From Felis catus (taxonomy: Eukaryota), in the NCBI RefSeq assembly GCF_018350175.1, contig NC_058383.1:1612001-1676000 (forward strand): a DNA stretch of 64,000 nt, written 5' to 3'. Every line of letters begins with the position of its first letter. The stretch's first letter is position 1. The notes beneath the pieces are model-generated. The model was not told the origin of the DNA, searched no databases, and was given only the letters and a program-made list of their open reading frames with translations. The translations under genes and the position numbers were made by a program. Positions 51,030-62,929 of the stretch are shown in pieces.

Positions 51030-51250
51030 TGCTTGATTACACGCATGCTGGAGCGTTTACAGGGAACGGTGCAGATGTTTGCAATTTGCTTTAAAATGCA
51101 TCAAAAAAGTTAAAAAGATTGACGGATGGCAGAGGGGCGGCAGCACAACACACATCAAGTGCTCGTGCCGGGACGTGGGTGGTGGGTTAGGGTCCGCACT
51201 GTGCAACTCGCTCCTCCGTGCTGTCCATTCCAGAACGCTCCTAAGACGCC
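51030..51250 (+). mobile_element. L1ME-like 3' end relic
   Basis: gatgtttgcaatttgctttaaaatgcatcaaaaaag...gattgacggatgg...ggtggtgggttagggtccgcactgtgcaa. Confidence 0.65.
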
Positions 51251-52029
51251 GGGGCGGTGCGCGGCCGGGGCGTCCGGCCTGGGCTAGCCTCCCCCGTGAC
51301 CCAGAGCTGCCGTGCGTCCGGCCGCCTCCCGACGGTGCGGGGGGAGCCGGTGCGGCTCGTTGCCGTCAGTCCCCAAGTCTGGCCCCTCAGACACACAAAC
51401 GCCAAAGAGCACGTTTGTCTCCTTCGAGGGAAGACACGGGACGGTGGCATCATTAACCACAGCGGCAGAGGCGCTGGTCGTGCTCAGCTGGCACGGGAGG
51501 CGCCCCGGCTGGGCGCTCCCCCCGAGGTCGCCGAAGTGGCCCTCCAGAGACCTGGCCCACAGCCTCCACCCTCCACGGAGAGCGCCGATCGGAGTCAGGG
51601 CGGACGAGACCAGGGTGCCGTTCCTCCACCGTTCTGGTTCTGGGAGACGGAGACCGGCGCAGGGGCGCGTGGGGCGGGGGCCCAGGCAGGGAGGACCAGG
51701 GCTGTGGCCGTCGGCCATCCTCGCTCTGCGGGCACCGACGCGCCACGAGTGTGTCCTGGAGCCCCCAGGTCCCGCGGCCACGCGGGAGCGCACACCCGCC
51801 CCGCTTCCGGCCCGGAGGACACGGCGCGTGTCCGACCCGCTCGGTAGCCAGAAGGGGCGTCGGTGACCCAGGCCCCCCCCCCCCCCGAGGTCCACCGCCC
51901 TGGGCTGCATCAGCGGTGCATCGGGACACCGAGACGGTGGGGACAGCCCGCCGCCCCATCCGGGCTCCCAGAGGGCACAGGGCAGGAGGGGCACGCCCAG
52001 CTCCGAGCGGGAACGGAGCTCCGTCTCCT

Positions 52030-52135
52030 CATCAACCAGCTGTGAACTAATTACAAGAAGTTCTAACTAGTGGCTCCCTCTCCAAGCATATGTTCCCAAT
52101 TAAGGCAAACTGCAGCTGATTTTAATCAATCTTCC
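52030..52135. promoter_or_regulatory. Candidate enhancer
   Basis: cagctg, ctaatta, caattaa, cagctg and ttaatcaatc (PBX-like) within ~100 bp. Confidence 0.4.
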
Positions 52136-54194
52136 GTGAAGCGGCCCATCTCGAAGCCTCTCCGCGGAGGGAACGAGGGCACGGAGGGGAGGGTGTCTGC
52201 ACGGGAGCATCCCGGCCGCACCGCCGTGCCACCGAGGTCGCCCCCCCCACCCCCGCCCTGCCGGCCGCGGCCGGGCCGCACTCCTGAGCTTGGCCCGGGG
52301 GAAGGCGGGGTCGGGGCCTCCAGAGCTCCGGCACAGAGGTGAAGGGGTGAGGCCTTCGCCCTCACAGTGGAGAAGACGGGAAATGGCAAGTGATGGACGG
52401 GGGGATCTACCGAGGGCCACGTGGCGTCAGACGTGGCATGCCACCTCCCCGGAGCCCCACCTGGGCATCGCCATCCCGAAGTCCTAAAGGACGTACCCGA
52501 TGTGCCGGGGGCTCAGATGGCAAAGCCCGACACGTCCACGACCACCCGGCCAAGGCACAGGACGGTGTTCTAGCTGAGAACCCCACGACGCCCCCCGTAC
52601 CCACGTGTCCGAGTCACCCTCGGGCCCACTCGGCCGCCGCCTGGACCCCAGCCAGGCGCACGAGTTCTCCGGGTCCGCTCTGGGCGACAGCACGACCGCC
52701 CATGCTGCTCTGACTCGCCGCCTGCGTTCCGGTCTGCCCCGCGGGGGGCCAGGTTCCAGGACGGGCCCGTCTGCCTACGTCCTCCACGGGGCCCTGCGCT
52801 CACGGGGGCTCTTCGTGAGCTGGACGAGTGGACGGCATCCGGGTCGGACGGGAACTGCCACCAGCAAAGCCAGCGTCCAGACCCCCTGGGACGGTCAGCT
52901 CAGCCCTGAGGTGCCGACCTCTCTCGCCCACACCACTGCACAACAGACCCGGGTCGGGGCAGCCGGTGGCGGTGGGGGGAGCAGACCGGGGGGTCCTCAG
53001 AGCTGAGGCTGGGCACCTGAGAATGGCAACTGGCTGTAGGGACGTGGCCCCGCGGCCGCGAGGGAGCTGGGCTCCGAGCCCTCTCCCGCCGGGTGCCCTC
53101 GGCCAAATTACGGACCCTTCCTGCTCGGAGGACCCGCGTCCGGGGACCGTGGACACAGAGAGGCCCGTGCGGCACAGTGACCGTGCGCGGCAGAGGCCGG
53201 AGCCAGTTGTGACAGCAGAGACGAGCAGCCGGGAAATGGGGATCCTGGCGGGCCCCCGCATCACGCCGGCCTTCTGACAGGAGCCCCATCTGAGGCGCCC
53301 TCCTGGATTCGTGCCGGAACCGGGAACCTGGGGCGAGGCCGTCACGGACCTCCTCGTGCTGTGGCGTCTGGAGGCAGGACACGGGCGCCGCTGTCGGACG
53401 GGCAGTCGGTCCCCCGACTCGAAGCGGTGGGAGGGAACGGGGCGCCCGTGAGGGGCCGCGGGACACCCACCTGGTGCAGAGGCGGTGGCCGCCCGTGGCG
53501 GTCTACAACCCTCTGCCACCCTTGCCCCGGGGCCGTGGCACAGCTCGGGGAGCACCGCCATGCCTCCGCATAAGCACCCGAGCCCCCGGCGTGATGCAAA
53601 CCCATCTCCACACGGCACCCTGCCCCCCCAAACCAGCGCTGTGCCCCACCCACGCCCACAGGCAGGGACGCGGAGGCCGCCTGCCCCCTGTGGGCAGGAG
53701 CCCAGCCCCTCGACCGGGAGCGGCCCCAGGACCCGCGCGTCTCCCGTCAGGGAGCAACAATGGCGACGGGCGAGCCGTGGACACCCCGTCTCCCAGGGTG
53801 CTGGGGGCAAATGCCCCTCGGGCACAGCGCTCGTCAGCACCTTGCCTCGGCAGCTCCGCCTACGGCACGGCAGGCTCCCTGGGAAGGGCCAGGCAGGCCG
53901 GAGGCAGGAAAAAGGGACGTGAAGGATTTCAGCCGGCCTCACTGCGCCCCGACCCCGGGGACCCAGGGAGCCGTCAGCCGCGATCGCAGGCTGTGCCCGA
54001 CCGAACACGGGGGAAGACGCCCACCCGCCCTGCTCTGACAGGGCCTGGCTGACAGGCCGCCCGGGGCCGACCTGCCAACAGCCCGGCTCTCCCTTCGGAG
54101 ACCGCGGCCCAATTAGAGCGGTACGGGTCCCAGAGCTGAGCGCCGCCAGCCGCGGCTCCCGGCACCTCGCTTCATCAGACTTGTCACTTCCCCT

Positions 54195-54350
54195 GGCTCC
54201 AGGAATCGGTAATAAAAAAGAGATTTGATTTGCCTCTAATAGGTGTCAAGATAGAATCAATGGCCTGTCCAAAATCTGGGTAATCACGAATCCGCAGGTT
54301 TCTTGCCACGGAGCAATTCAGACGGGAGCATAAAAATGAAAAACAACGTA
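54195..54350. promoter_or_regulatory. Candidate conserved element ~0.4 kb downstream (in transcript orientation) of the 91-nt exon
   Basis: taataaaa, gatttgattt, ctaatagg, tgtca, aatcaatgg, taatca, cataaaa. Confidence 0.4.
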
Positions 54351-54717
54351 AAGGTGCAGCGGCGTAAACAGAGCCGTGGCCTCCCGACTGCAGGCGGCGG
54401 GCACGGGCCTGGGCGCACACCCGACCGGAGACCAGCCACGGGCCACGGCCGGTGCAGGGAGGGAGCGGGAGGGAGCAGGAGGACCGATGGAGCACGGGGC
54501 CGGGGCCGCGGCTGAAACACCCTCCCCGAAGCGCTCCGAGCACACGCCCCGGTGTGAGGGCCTGCGCGTGGGGGTAGGTCGCGGCTTCGTGCAGTCTGCT
54601 GAACCAGAAGACGGGACGTCGGCGGGCGCGGGGAGACACCGGAGGGCAGGGAGAACCCGTGGGAGAACGCCGCGTCCCGGGATAAGCCCCCGCCAGTGGC
54701 CGCCCGCCGGCACGCAC

Positions 54718-54808
54718 CTGCAGGGTCAGCCGCTCGAGCTGCGCCTCCAGCGTCTTCTTCTCTTCCTCCAGGCGGCCGCGTTCCCCTTCCAGCTCCTCAA
54801 TCTTCAAT
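54718..54808 (-). CDS. MAD1L1: MAD1L1 coding exon (human exon 16 equivalent), coiled coil
   Basis: Acceptor ctctccttgcag|A, donor CAG|gtgcgt, 91 nt (1 nt + 30 codons). Encodes LKIEELEGERGRLEEEKKTLEAQLERLTLQ, matching the MAD1 coiled coil before the MAD2-binding segment. Confidence 0.95.
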
Positions 54809-56589
54809 CTGCAAGGAGAGCCAGACCGTCAGGACACACACCGCGGCCCGCGCGTCCACTCCTGCAGACAGGGCCCTGCCCGGAGGGGGGGGGGGGTGTC
54901 ACGCTCAGGCCTGGGGGCGGGGTGTGGCCCGCACGTCCGTTCTGATGAAGGGGGGTCTCCACGGACCACAACTCGAGGGGGCAGGACAGATGGGAACCTG
55001 CACGCGTCCTGTGCTCGTCGGCCCACTCCCAGGACGCATGACCACGTATCGTAGAGGACGCAGAACCACGGAGTCGACCCGGAGGGAGACGTGGGCTGGG
55101 GAGGGAAGCTAACTGGGGGGAAGCAGGCTCAGAGGGACCGCGCAGGGGCCCTTCTCCCTCGTGGGCCCGGACACCAAGGCCAGCGGCCGACAGAAGCGTG
55201 CGGCAGGTTTCAGCTCACGGTAACTAAGCGCGCCCATTTCTGTCTTCATTTCCAGATTTTAATTTTTGAAAAGCACTATATTCACATGATTTGGAAATAA
55301 GTAAGTTTGTCCAGGAAGCAGTGTGCAGCCCGTGCATAGGCTAAGGAACAGGGCCTTCCCACTACTAACCAGCTGGAGTGGAAAACTCACATTTCATAGA
55401 TTATTCAGGAAGGTCTTGGCTCGGGAGCAAGAGATAATTATCTCTAGACAGAGAAGTGCTCCAGGACGGCCTAGCAAATCACACAAGATCAGAAAGGACC
55501 AAAACTCTTTCCAAGAAACCTAATTACGTCTCTGAAAAAAGCTCGGGAAGATTCATACGAATACAAAAACATTCAGAATCAAACAAGCCAAAATTTACAA
55601 CGTCTGCCAACTAATCAAAGACTACCAGGCCTGAAAAGAAGCAGGAAAATATGACCCGTAATGAGGAAAATAGTCAATCAGTTGAAACCCACCACGAACT
55701 GCAGCATTAAGTAGCATCCAAGGACATCGAAACGGTTATTGCAACCGTCCGCTGCTCAACAGCTCGGCACGGAGACGGAGTCACGAGCAAGACGGCCCCG
55801 GTTCCCGGAGGGGTGAGCCCCAGCGCCCGAGACCACAGACACGCTGGGCGGGTAACGCCAGAGCAGACTGTGCAGGGGGAAAGCCTACGCACTGGAAGAC
55901 CCCAGAAAGAAACGATACAAACCAACACACGGAACGAAACACCCAAAACGATCCCAAGTAAAAGAGAGAGGAAAAGGGATATTTGAGGCTGACAGGACGG
56001 TCACCGAGGTGTGCGGGGCAACTTCACGGAGCACAGCGGCCGCCTGGGTGGAGCCCCGAAGGAAAGGGTGGGAGGCAGACCCTGGGAGACGAAGCGTCGG
56101 CTTTGATGACGAGCACACACAGATCCGAGACGCTCGGCAACCCCCCAGCACAAGACACACGGGAAACGGCCCCAGAGCACCTAGTAACCTAACGGCTCAA
56201 AAAGCCACCAGCGGAAGGGAGAGATGTCACGTACAGAGGAATAAGGCGGATTTCTCATCAGACACAATGCAAGTGAGAAAAGGAAAGGAAAGCTTTAAAA
56301 TACCGAAATAAATTAGAAAATACCAACCGAGAATTCGACCGCCGGTGAAAATAATCACAAACAAAAGCAACATAAAGATGTTCTCAGACAAACCACACGT
56401 GCAAGGACTTGTCACCAACAGACCCGCTCCCCGAGGGGGTCAGGGGAGGCCCTCCTGGCAGGGGGCCAGGGACGCCAGAGGGAGGCACGGGTCCACGTAA
56501 AGGAGCGAGGTGCAGCGGAACCGCGACTGCGTGGGCCAACGTGTGGCTGTCAAGGACGCTTGATGTCCGGCTGACATCCGCTACCACGT

Positions 56590-56978
56590 GTGTCTCAGGC
56601 GTCCAAGAGTGACTGCGCTATTACGGACACCACAAGATGCTCGCCGTGGTCGTGGTCTGTCGCTGCACAAAGCCACCACAGGATCGCCAGCTGCACGTCA
56701 CAACCCTGTGCTGTATGTCACATCCCCGTGACGTACTATTTTATGACTGGAGGTCTGTACTCCGAATCCCCTCTATCTCCCCACTCATTATCTAGGCGTC
56801 TGTGCATTTCTTTTGTTTTTTTTAGATTCTACGTGGGAGTCAGATCACACGGCATTTGTCTTCCTGTCTCAGTTCACTCAGCATCATACCCTCTGGGTCC
56901 ATCCACGTCGTGGCAAATGGCAAGATCTCATCCTTCTTTATGGCCGAGTAATATTCCACGTGTATATACGCCACGTGT
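56590..56978 (-). mobile_element. L1 3' UTR fragment (L1MA/L1_Carn-like) in opposite orientation
   Basis: tttttagattctacgtgggagtcagatcacacggcatttgtc...ggcaaatggcaagatctcatccttctttatggccgagtaatattcca. Confidence 0.8.
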
Positions 56979-59539
56979 TCCAGTCAAGATATGAAAGCAA
57001 ATGGCTATCTGTTAACAAGATTAGTTGTTGAAACAAAACTAACAAAAATGTACTAGGGTCTAAGATAAAAATACAAGTGGAATGTGTGACACACGTAGCA
57101 GAGGCCGGAGGGGAAAACAGACGATGTAGTTAGGAGGCTGTGTGCCTGACGGTAGAACATCGCTCGCAGGCAGACCGTGATCAGCGGGAGGCGTGTACCA
57201 TGCACCCCACAACAAGCCCTAAAATAACAAGGAGTGACAACCGGTAAGCAAGAAAAGGAAATAAAGTGAAATAATAAAACACACGCAACGATTTAGAAAG
57301 AAGCCAGGAAAATGGGAAACGAAGAGGAAGGGACGGGACGGGTGGACGGCGGTAAGGTGACAAGACAAGACCCCGTCGTACCGGCTGCCACAGGACACGT
57401 CAACAGTCCACACACCCAGTTAAACACAGGCTACCCACGCGGACGAAGCAGCAACCCCCCGTTACGTCACCCCCGGCACGAAGCGGCAAACGGACGTGAG
57501 CCGCTAACACTGGGAAAGCCAACAGAGAAAGCCGGAGAGGCCCCTAGAACCACAGAGAATTTCAGAGCCAACAGCGGCACCGACAAGGGAACTGTGTGAT
57601 GGTGCGGAGGCCGAGTGGCCAAGAGAACAGTATCGTCCGGAACACCTACGCGCTAGGGAAAGCCCTTCGACAGGTGCAGCAACCCTGGTAGAAACACACA
57701 CAGAAATATCCGAGCCCGCAATCGGAGCCCGAGATTTCGACGTCAGCCTCTCAACAGCTGATGGAACGATGAGCAGAAAACCCGGAAGGATGAAGTAGAC
57801 AGGCGCTGGACCCAAGCATCCCGCAGCAATACCGTGACCACGAGAGCAGAGGGCGTGGCCCTCTCGGGCGCACACACAGGTCGACCAACAGAGACACAGT
57901 CTGGCGCACGCAAGGAGGCTCAACCTACTGGGAAGGGTATTAGTCATTCAAAATCTCTCCTGCGACCAGAATGGCGCTAAGTGATCCACGCAAGGACACC
58001 CGGGAAACGCGACTTACAACTGCACGCAGGAACACGGAGCGTGCGGGGCTCAACCTGGAAAACCCGTCCGAGACCCGCCCTCTGACAAGCACGAGGTCGT
58101 CCACTGAGCTGAGAGGCGCTGACATGGGCCCAAACATAAGGGGATACACGTGGTCGTGGCTGAAAGGCACCCTTGCTGGGATCTCACGATTCCCCGCACT
58201 GCTCTAAAGAGTCCACACCGACCCCGTCAAACCCCACACGTTTCTTCGTACAACCGGACAGTTGATTGTAACAATCATGGGGCAGTGTCACAGCCCCGGA
58301 ATGCCCAAAGCAGCACCGGGGAGAAGGCTGGAGAGCCAACACCCAATCTCAAGAACTGCCATAAAGTCACAGCAACCAAAACAGCACTGCCCTTGAGCCG
58401 CACCGACGAAACACAGCAGGGCCCAGAAACAGACCCCTACATGCAGACGACGTATTTTGATAAATATTCCAAGGCAATCCAGTGTAGAAGCACCATTTTA
58501 ACAAATGGTGCTGGAGCAGCTGCGTGTTCATTTTTCTAAAGGCCCTAAAATCTGTATTTTGTACAATATAAACAAAACTAACTCAAGATGGAGATATAAA
58601 CCCACATATAAGTCGAAAAAGGGTAAAATTGCCAAAAAACGTAGGGGGAACCCTGTGAATCACAGCTACGGTATCCAAATCACAATCAAAGAAGAAAACA
58701 GATGAGACGTCTCTTTAAAAGCCTTCGTGAAGACAATGCAATCACAAGCCGCAGAATGGGAGGGAATATTCGCAAAGCAAGTAAGTCTCCGGCAAAGGAC
58801 TTGCGCCCACAATCTGCAAGGGACTCCGCAGACTCAGCGAAAAGCAACCAAGGAAAAAAACGGACGGTACTTAGAACACTTTGCCAAACCAGATGCCAGA
58901 CGACGACAAGCACAGGCAAAGATGCTCGTGTCGTCAGCCGTCAGGGAGACAAAATTCAAACCACCACGAGCCGCAGCGCACCTGTTAGGATCGCGGTGAG
59001 AGAGGCGGACGGGCCCAGGGCCGGCGAGGAGTCAGTGGTGGTGGGGACGCTAACTGGTGCGGCCCCCTGGAGACACGCGGATCCACAGAAAACGGCCACG
59101 TACACGCACCAGCCATCCCACGACCAGGTGGTGTCCCGCCGGAGTCTACAGAAGGACCTTCTCTGTAACGTCAAGCGGCTCTGTTTACAACAGCCGCGAG
59201 CCGGGGGAGAGTGAGTGTCCAACAAGGGCACACGGACGCGAACAGTCCCCGGGCGTAAAAAGGACCACGGCACAGATGTGTGTTCGCAGTAAGGCAGACA
59301 CGGAAGGGTGGCCACCGCGTGACTCCATTCATATTCAACGTCACCAAAGGCCAAGCAGTCTCTAGGACTGAGAGCACATCAGCGGCTGCCTGGGGAGGAG
59401 GAGGAGGAGGAGGGATGGGTTCCAGCCAGGCCGGAGGAAAGGTTGGGGGTGACAGACAGGTCCGCCACCTTGAGCCTGGTTGGCACAGCAGGGTGTGCGG
59501 GCGTGTGCGTGTGCAAACGTCACACTGTGCGCTTCATAT

Positions 59540-59698
59540 TTTTAAAACTTTTTAAATGCTTATTTTATTTTTGACACAGAGAGGGACAGCATGAGTGGGG
59601 GAGGGGCAGAGAGAGAGGAAGACACAGAATCGGAAGCCTCGAGATCATGACCTGAGGCGAAACCGGACGCTCGACTGACTGAGCCACCCAGGCGCCCC
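59540..59698 (-). mobile_element. Can-SINE with internal deletion
   Basis: gacacagaatcggaagc is joined directly to ctcgagatcatgacctgag...gagccacccaggcgcccc. Degenerate TSD cactg(t/c)gcgctt on both sides. Confidence 0.9.
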
Positions 59699-59929
59699 AC
59701 TGCGCGCTTTAAATACGTGCAGTTTGCCGTAGGTCAGTTACACCCCAAGAAGGCTGTGGGAGGTGTCCCCAGGGGCGTGGGGCGGGCCCGGCACCCAAGG
59801 CCTCGTCCGGGAAGCCGCCGTCTGCGGGCAGGACCCCTGCACGTCAGGGGCAGGCTGCATGAGAAGCCCCGCTGGGCCCCGACTAAAACCGGACGCTACG
59901 GACTCTGAAGGCTCGTGAGCAAACGTTCT

Positions 59930-60050
59930 CAGGGGCTAAATTCAAATAAGCGCGTGCGCGCAGCTGCAGGCCCATCGATAAAATGGCTTGTGATCCATCC
60001 CGCTGTCAGAGAACAAACCCGCATAAACAACGCTTGTTTACGTGTCTTCA
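59930..60050. promoter_or_regulatory. Candidate regulatory element (NRF1-like and inverted FOX sites)
   Basis: gcgcgtgcgc 59950-59959, atcgataaa, taaaca 60024-60029 and tgtttac 60035-60041. Confidence 0.3.
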
Positions 60051-60771
60051 GGCGGGGCCCTCCCCTCCCCCGTCCTCCTCTTGAGGCGAACCGCCACCTT
60101 GCTGAGGGAGAAAATGAACCCGCGTGTGTTCCCAAGCTCACAGGGCGGCTTCGCCTTCAGATGCTTCGAAGCGATCGGCTGTGGCCTAAGTGTCTTGAGA
60201 CTGACTGGCTCCACGTTCTCTAGACGAGGAGGGCGCTACATAAACCGAACGACATCCCAGATGGCTTCTGGAAGAGACCAAGCGAGCCAAGGCAGGGTGT
60301 GCGTGCGTGCGTGTGCGCAACAGGCTAGGATGAGGTAGCTGTTAATTGTTCTCGCTGGACTAAAGAAAGGGTGATGGCGGGGCGAGGGGTGCCGGTGCTC
60401 GGGCTCCCGAACGGCCTGAAGAAGGGACAGCCAGTGGCCCTGGAGGACAGCTGGAAAAGCACGTGGCCCACGACGCACCGTCCAGGCTGAGCGCCCCCAG
60501 ATCCCACAGCCGACGCACTGCCTGCTGCTTCCTCCCTGACAGGCCCTGACCATCCACCGGGGACTAGGCCACCACACTGTCACCGCAGGCCTCTCCGTTC
60601 CCTCTGTCACACGCCCGCCCTGTGTTTCCAGCACAGAGCCAATGTTGGGCCCCACAGGCAGAGGGGATCAAGTGCGCAGGCAGCAACCATCTGTGTCCCG
60701 CACTAGGAGGCTGGAGCACGGAGAGGGTGACGGCCCTGCTCCGGACTCATTCAGACAAGGAGGGGGCGTCC

Positions 60772-61118
60772 TGCTACGGACTGAACGTCTGTGTCTCCCC
60801 ACATTCTTAGGTTGAGGCCCCAACCCCCGTGTGATGGAGCGTGCAGGGAACTAGGGTCAGGTGAGGTCACGAGGGTGGGACCCTGTGACGGGCCAAGCGT
60901 CCTGGAAAGAGCAAACCCCGAGAGCTTGTGTGCACTGTCCCCCGGTGGCGAGCGCCTGGTGGGAAGGCGTGGCCCGCAGCCACAACAGTCCTCTCTGGCA
61001 ACAACCACGCGGCACCGTGGCCTCAGACTTGCGGCCTCCGACAGAAAGAACGTAAATGCCCGTTGCTTACGCCACCCAGGCTGGGGCCTCCGCTGTGGTG
61101 GCCCGAGCACAGAGGCAG
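60772..61118 (+). mobile_element. MLT1A-like MaLR solo LTR
   Basis: Starts tgctacggactgaacgtctgtgtctcccc; has ggtcacgagggtgggaccc; ends cagacttgcggcctccgac...taaatgcccgttgcttacgccacccag. Confidence 0.8.
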
Positions 61119-61745
61119 ATCTGGCTGTTAGGGGAGGGGGCCCAGTGACAAGTCCCTGACCGTGGGGACACGGCTTTGGAGCTGGTGATAGGCAGAGGCT
61201 GCGGGGAGCTTGGCTGAGCCACGTGCCTGTGTCGTGCGGAAGGCAGCACCGGCACGCGGCTGTTCAGCTGAGATTTCCGAGCGGAGTGCGGAAAGGGTGG
61301 CTTGCGACTCAATGCAAACGAAGGACGTGCGTCAGGAAGGAAGTGCCAGCATCCCGTACGGACCCCTGGTCTCATGTGACGGGAGGGCCTCACCCCTGTG
61401 CCCTTCCTCCCTTCAGCCGAGAACCTAGGTCTCCCCACGACACATGTGAGACATGCCCGGCTTGGGACCGTCCACGGCCGCCTGACCAGTGCTGCCAGGG
61501 TCACGAGACACAGAAAGATGGGGACGCTGCCCAGGAGCGGAGGCGGCAGGGTGACCAAAACCAAGGCAGGGCCTGGACCGGACGTCAGGGGGCAGACAAA
61601 GTAGTGCCGACAACGGAGGCTGTCACAAGCTCACGGCAAGCATGCCGCGGGAGGGGAACACGCCGGCGACGCGGGAACACAGGCAGGGCTCGGCTGAGCT
61701 CTCTGTCCTACTCTCGAGAGCTTCCGGCAGATTGAGCCCATTCCA

Positions 61746-61864
61746 GCAGCGCCTGGGGGCTCAGCCGGCGGAGGGTCCGACTCTGCTCAGGTCACGGTCT
61801 CACGGTTCGTGAGTTCAGGCCCCGCATCGCGCTCTGTGCTGTCAGTGTGGAGTCTGCTTGGGAT

Positions 61865-61925
<61 letters not shown>

Positions 61926-61965
61926 GTCTCCCCACCCAATATAAATAAATAAACTTAAAAAAAAA
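61746..61965 (+). mobile_element. Older Can-SINE with expanded (TC)n microsatellite
   Basis: gcgcctgggggctcagccgg...gtgagttcaggccccgcatcgcgctctgtgctgtcagtgtggag, then (tc)n at ~61865-61930 and aataaataaacttaaaaa. Confidence 0.88.
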
Positions 61966-61989
61966 CTTATTCCAAAGTGAACGGTTGGC

Positions 61990-62110
61990 ACGAAGTCACC
62001 CTGGACAAGATACTTACTGTCTCTCCCTTCCTTCACCCATAAAATTGGGATAATAGTGCAAACTGTGTACTTCCAGTTTGTTTTGAGAATCCAATGTGTC
62101 ACTGCAAGTA
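61990..62110 (+). mobile_element. MIR relic
   Basis: gtcaccctggacaagatactta...ttccttcacccataaaattgggataatagt. Confidence 0.55.
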
Positions 62111-62278
62111 AACTATTTAAAGCTGTGCTTGGGCAGGTAATAAGGGCTCACGAGAGAAAAATAAAACAGAACGGAAGGATGGAAGGAGCAAGAGGACAAG
62201 TCCAAGCGGTCGTGCGCAGGAGGCTCTGGGGCAGGTGACCAGACGACTGCCTGGCGGGAAAGGGCTGGGACACAAACG

Positions 62279-62645
62279 CAGGGGCGCACCTCCGAGACAC
62301 CGCGGGCTCGGTCCCAGAACATCGCAGTAAAGCAAATGTCACAATAAAGCGAATCAAATGAATTCTCTGGGTTCCCAGTGCACGTAAAAGCTAGGTTTAC
62401 GACACACTGCAGCCTACTCACAAGGCGGTCACATCGGGTCTGCAAAAACGCACAGGCCTTAATTAAAAATACTTTATTGCTCATAGCGCTAACCATCGTC
62501 TCAGCTTCAGTGATTATAACCACTGATCACCAATCATACTACACATAATAATGAAAAAGTCCCAACTATTGCGAGAATGACCAAAATGTGACACAACACG
62601 TGCTGCTCGTTTGCCAGGACACAACCACACTAACCGTACTTCCTC
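62279..62645 (-). mobile_element. Internally deleted Tigger1-type DNA transposon
   Basis: cctccgagacaccgcgggctcggtcccagaacatcgcagtaaagcaaatgtcacaataaagcga and ccttaattaaaaatactttattgct (one Tigger1 end) are fused to ataataatgaaaaagt...attgcgagaatgaccaaaatgtgacaca (the other end). Confidence 0.8.
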
Positions 62646-62664
62646 CTAGAAGCAGAGCTGCGTT

Positions 62665-62873
62665 GGGGCGCCTGGGTGGCGCAGTCGGTTAAGCGTCCGA
62701 CTTCAGCCAGGTCACGATCTCGCGGTCCGTGAGTTCGAGCCCCGCGTCGGGCTCTGGGCTGATGGTTCAGAGCCTGGAGCCTGTTTCCGATTCTGTGTCT
62801 CCCTCTCTCTCTCTGCCCCTCCCCCGTTCATGCTCTGTCTCTCTCTGTCCCAAAAATAAATAAAAAACGTTGA
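62665..62873 (+). mobile_element. Young Can-SINE (SINEC_Fc-like) with 15-bp TSD and almost no poly(A)
   Basis: Full-length body. TSD gaagcagagctgcgt at 62649-62663 and 62872-62886. Confidence 0.96.
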
Positions 62874-62929
62874 AGCAGAGCTGCGTCAGGCACGAAGCAC
62901 GACGCGGCAGAAGGACGGGGGAGCGCGAG

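Larger units (their letters stand above)
55380..59757 (+). mobile_element. Old decayed L1 (ORF1, ORF2 pieces, 3' UTR), interrupted by an antisense L1 fragment and a SINE
   Basis: ORF1-like ADFSSDTMQVR...caaccgagaattcgac (~56245-56340), ttttaacaaatggtgctggagcagctg (~58500), 3' end gtcagttacaccccaagaaggctg (~59740). Confidence 0.8.

Noticed and set aside
52800..54008. Longest ORF in the track (402 aa, minus strand)
   Set aside because: No domain or motif, GC-driven composition, and other frames are similarly open. No support as a nested gene.
54184..54717. Open-frame read-through of the 91-nt exon into the intron (207-aa ORF)
   Set aside because: Similarity to MAD1 ends exactly at the canonical GT donor and the extension is GC-rich intron. 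Nothing here supports an intron-retained isoform.
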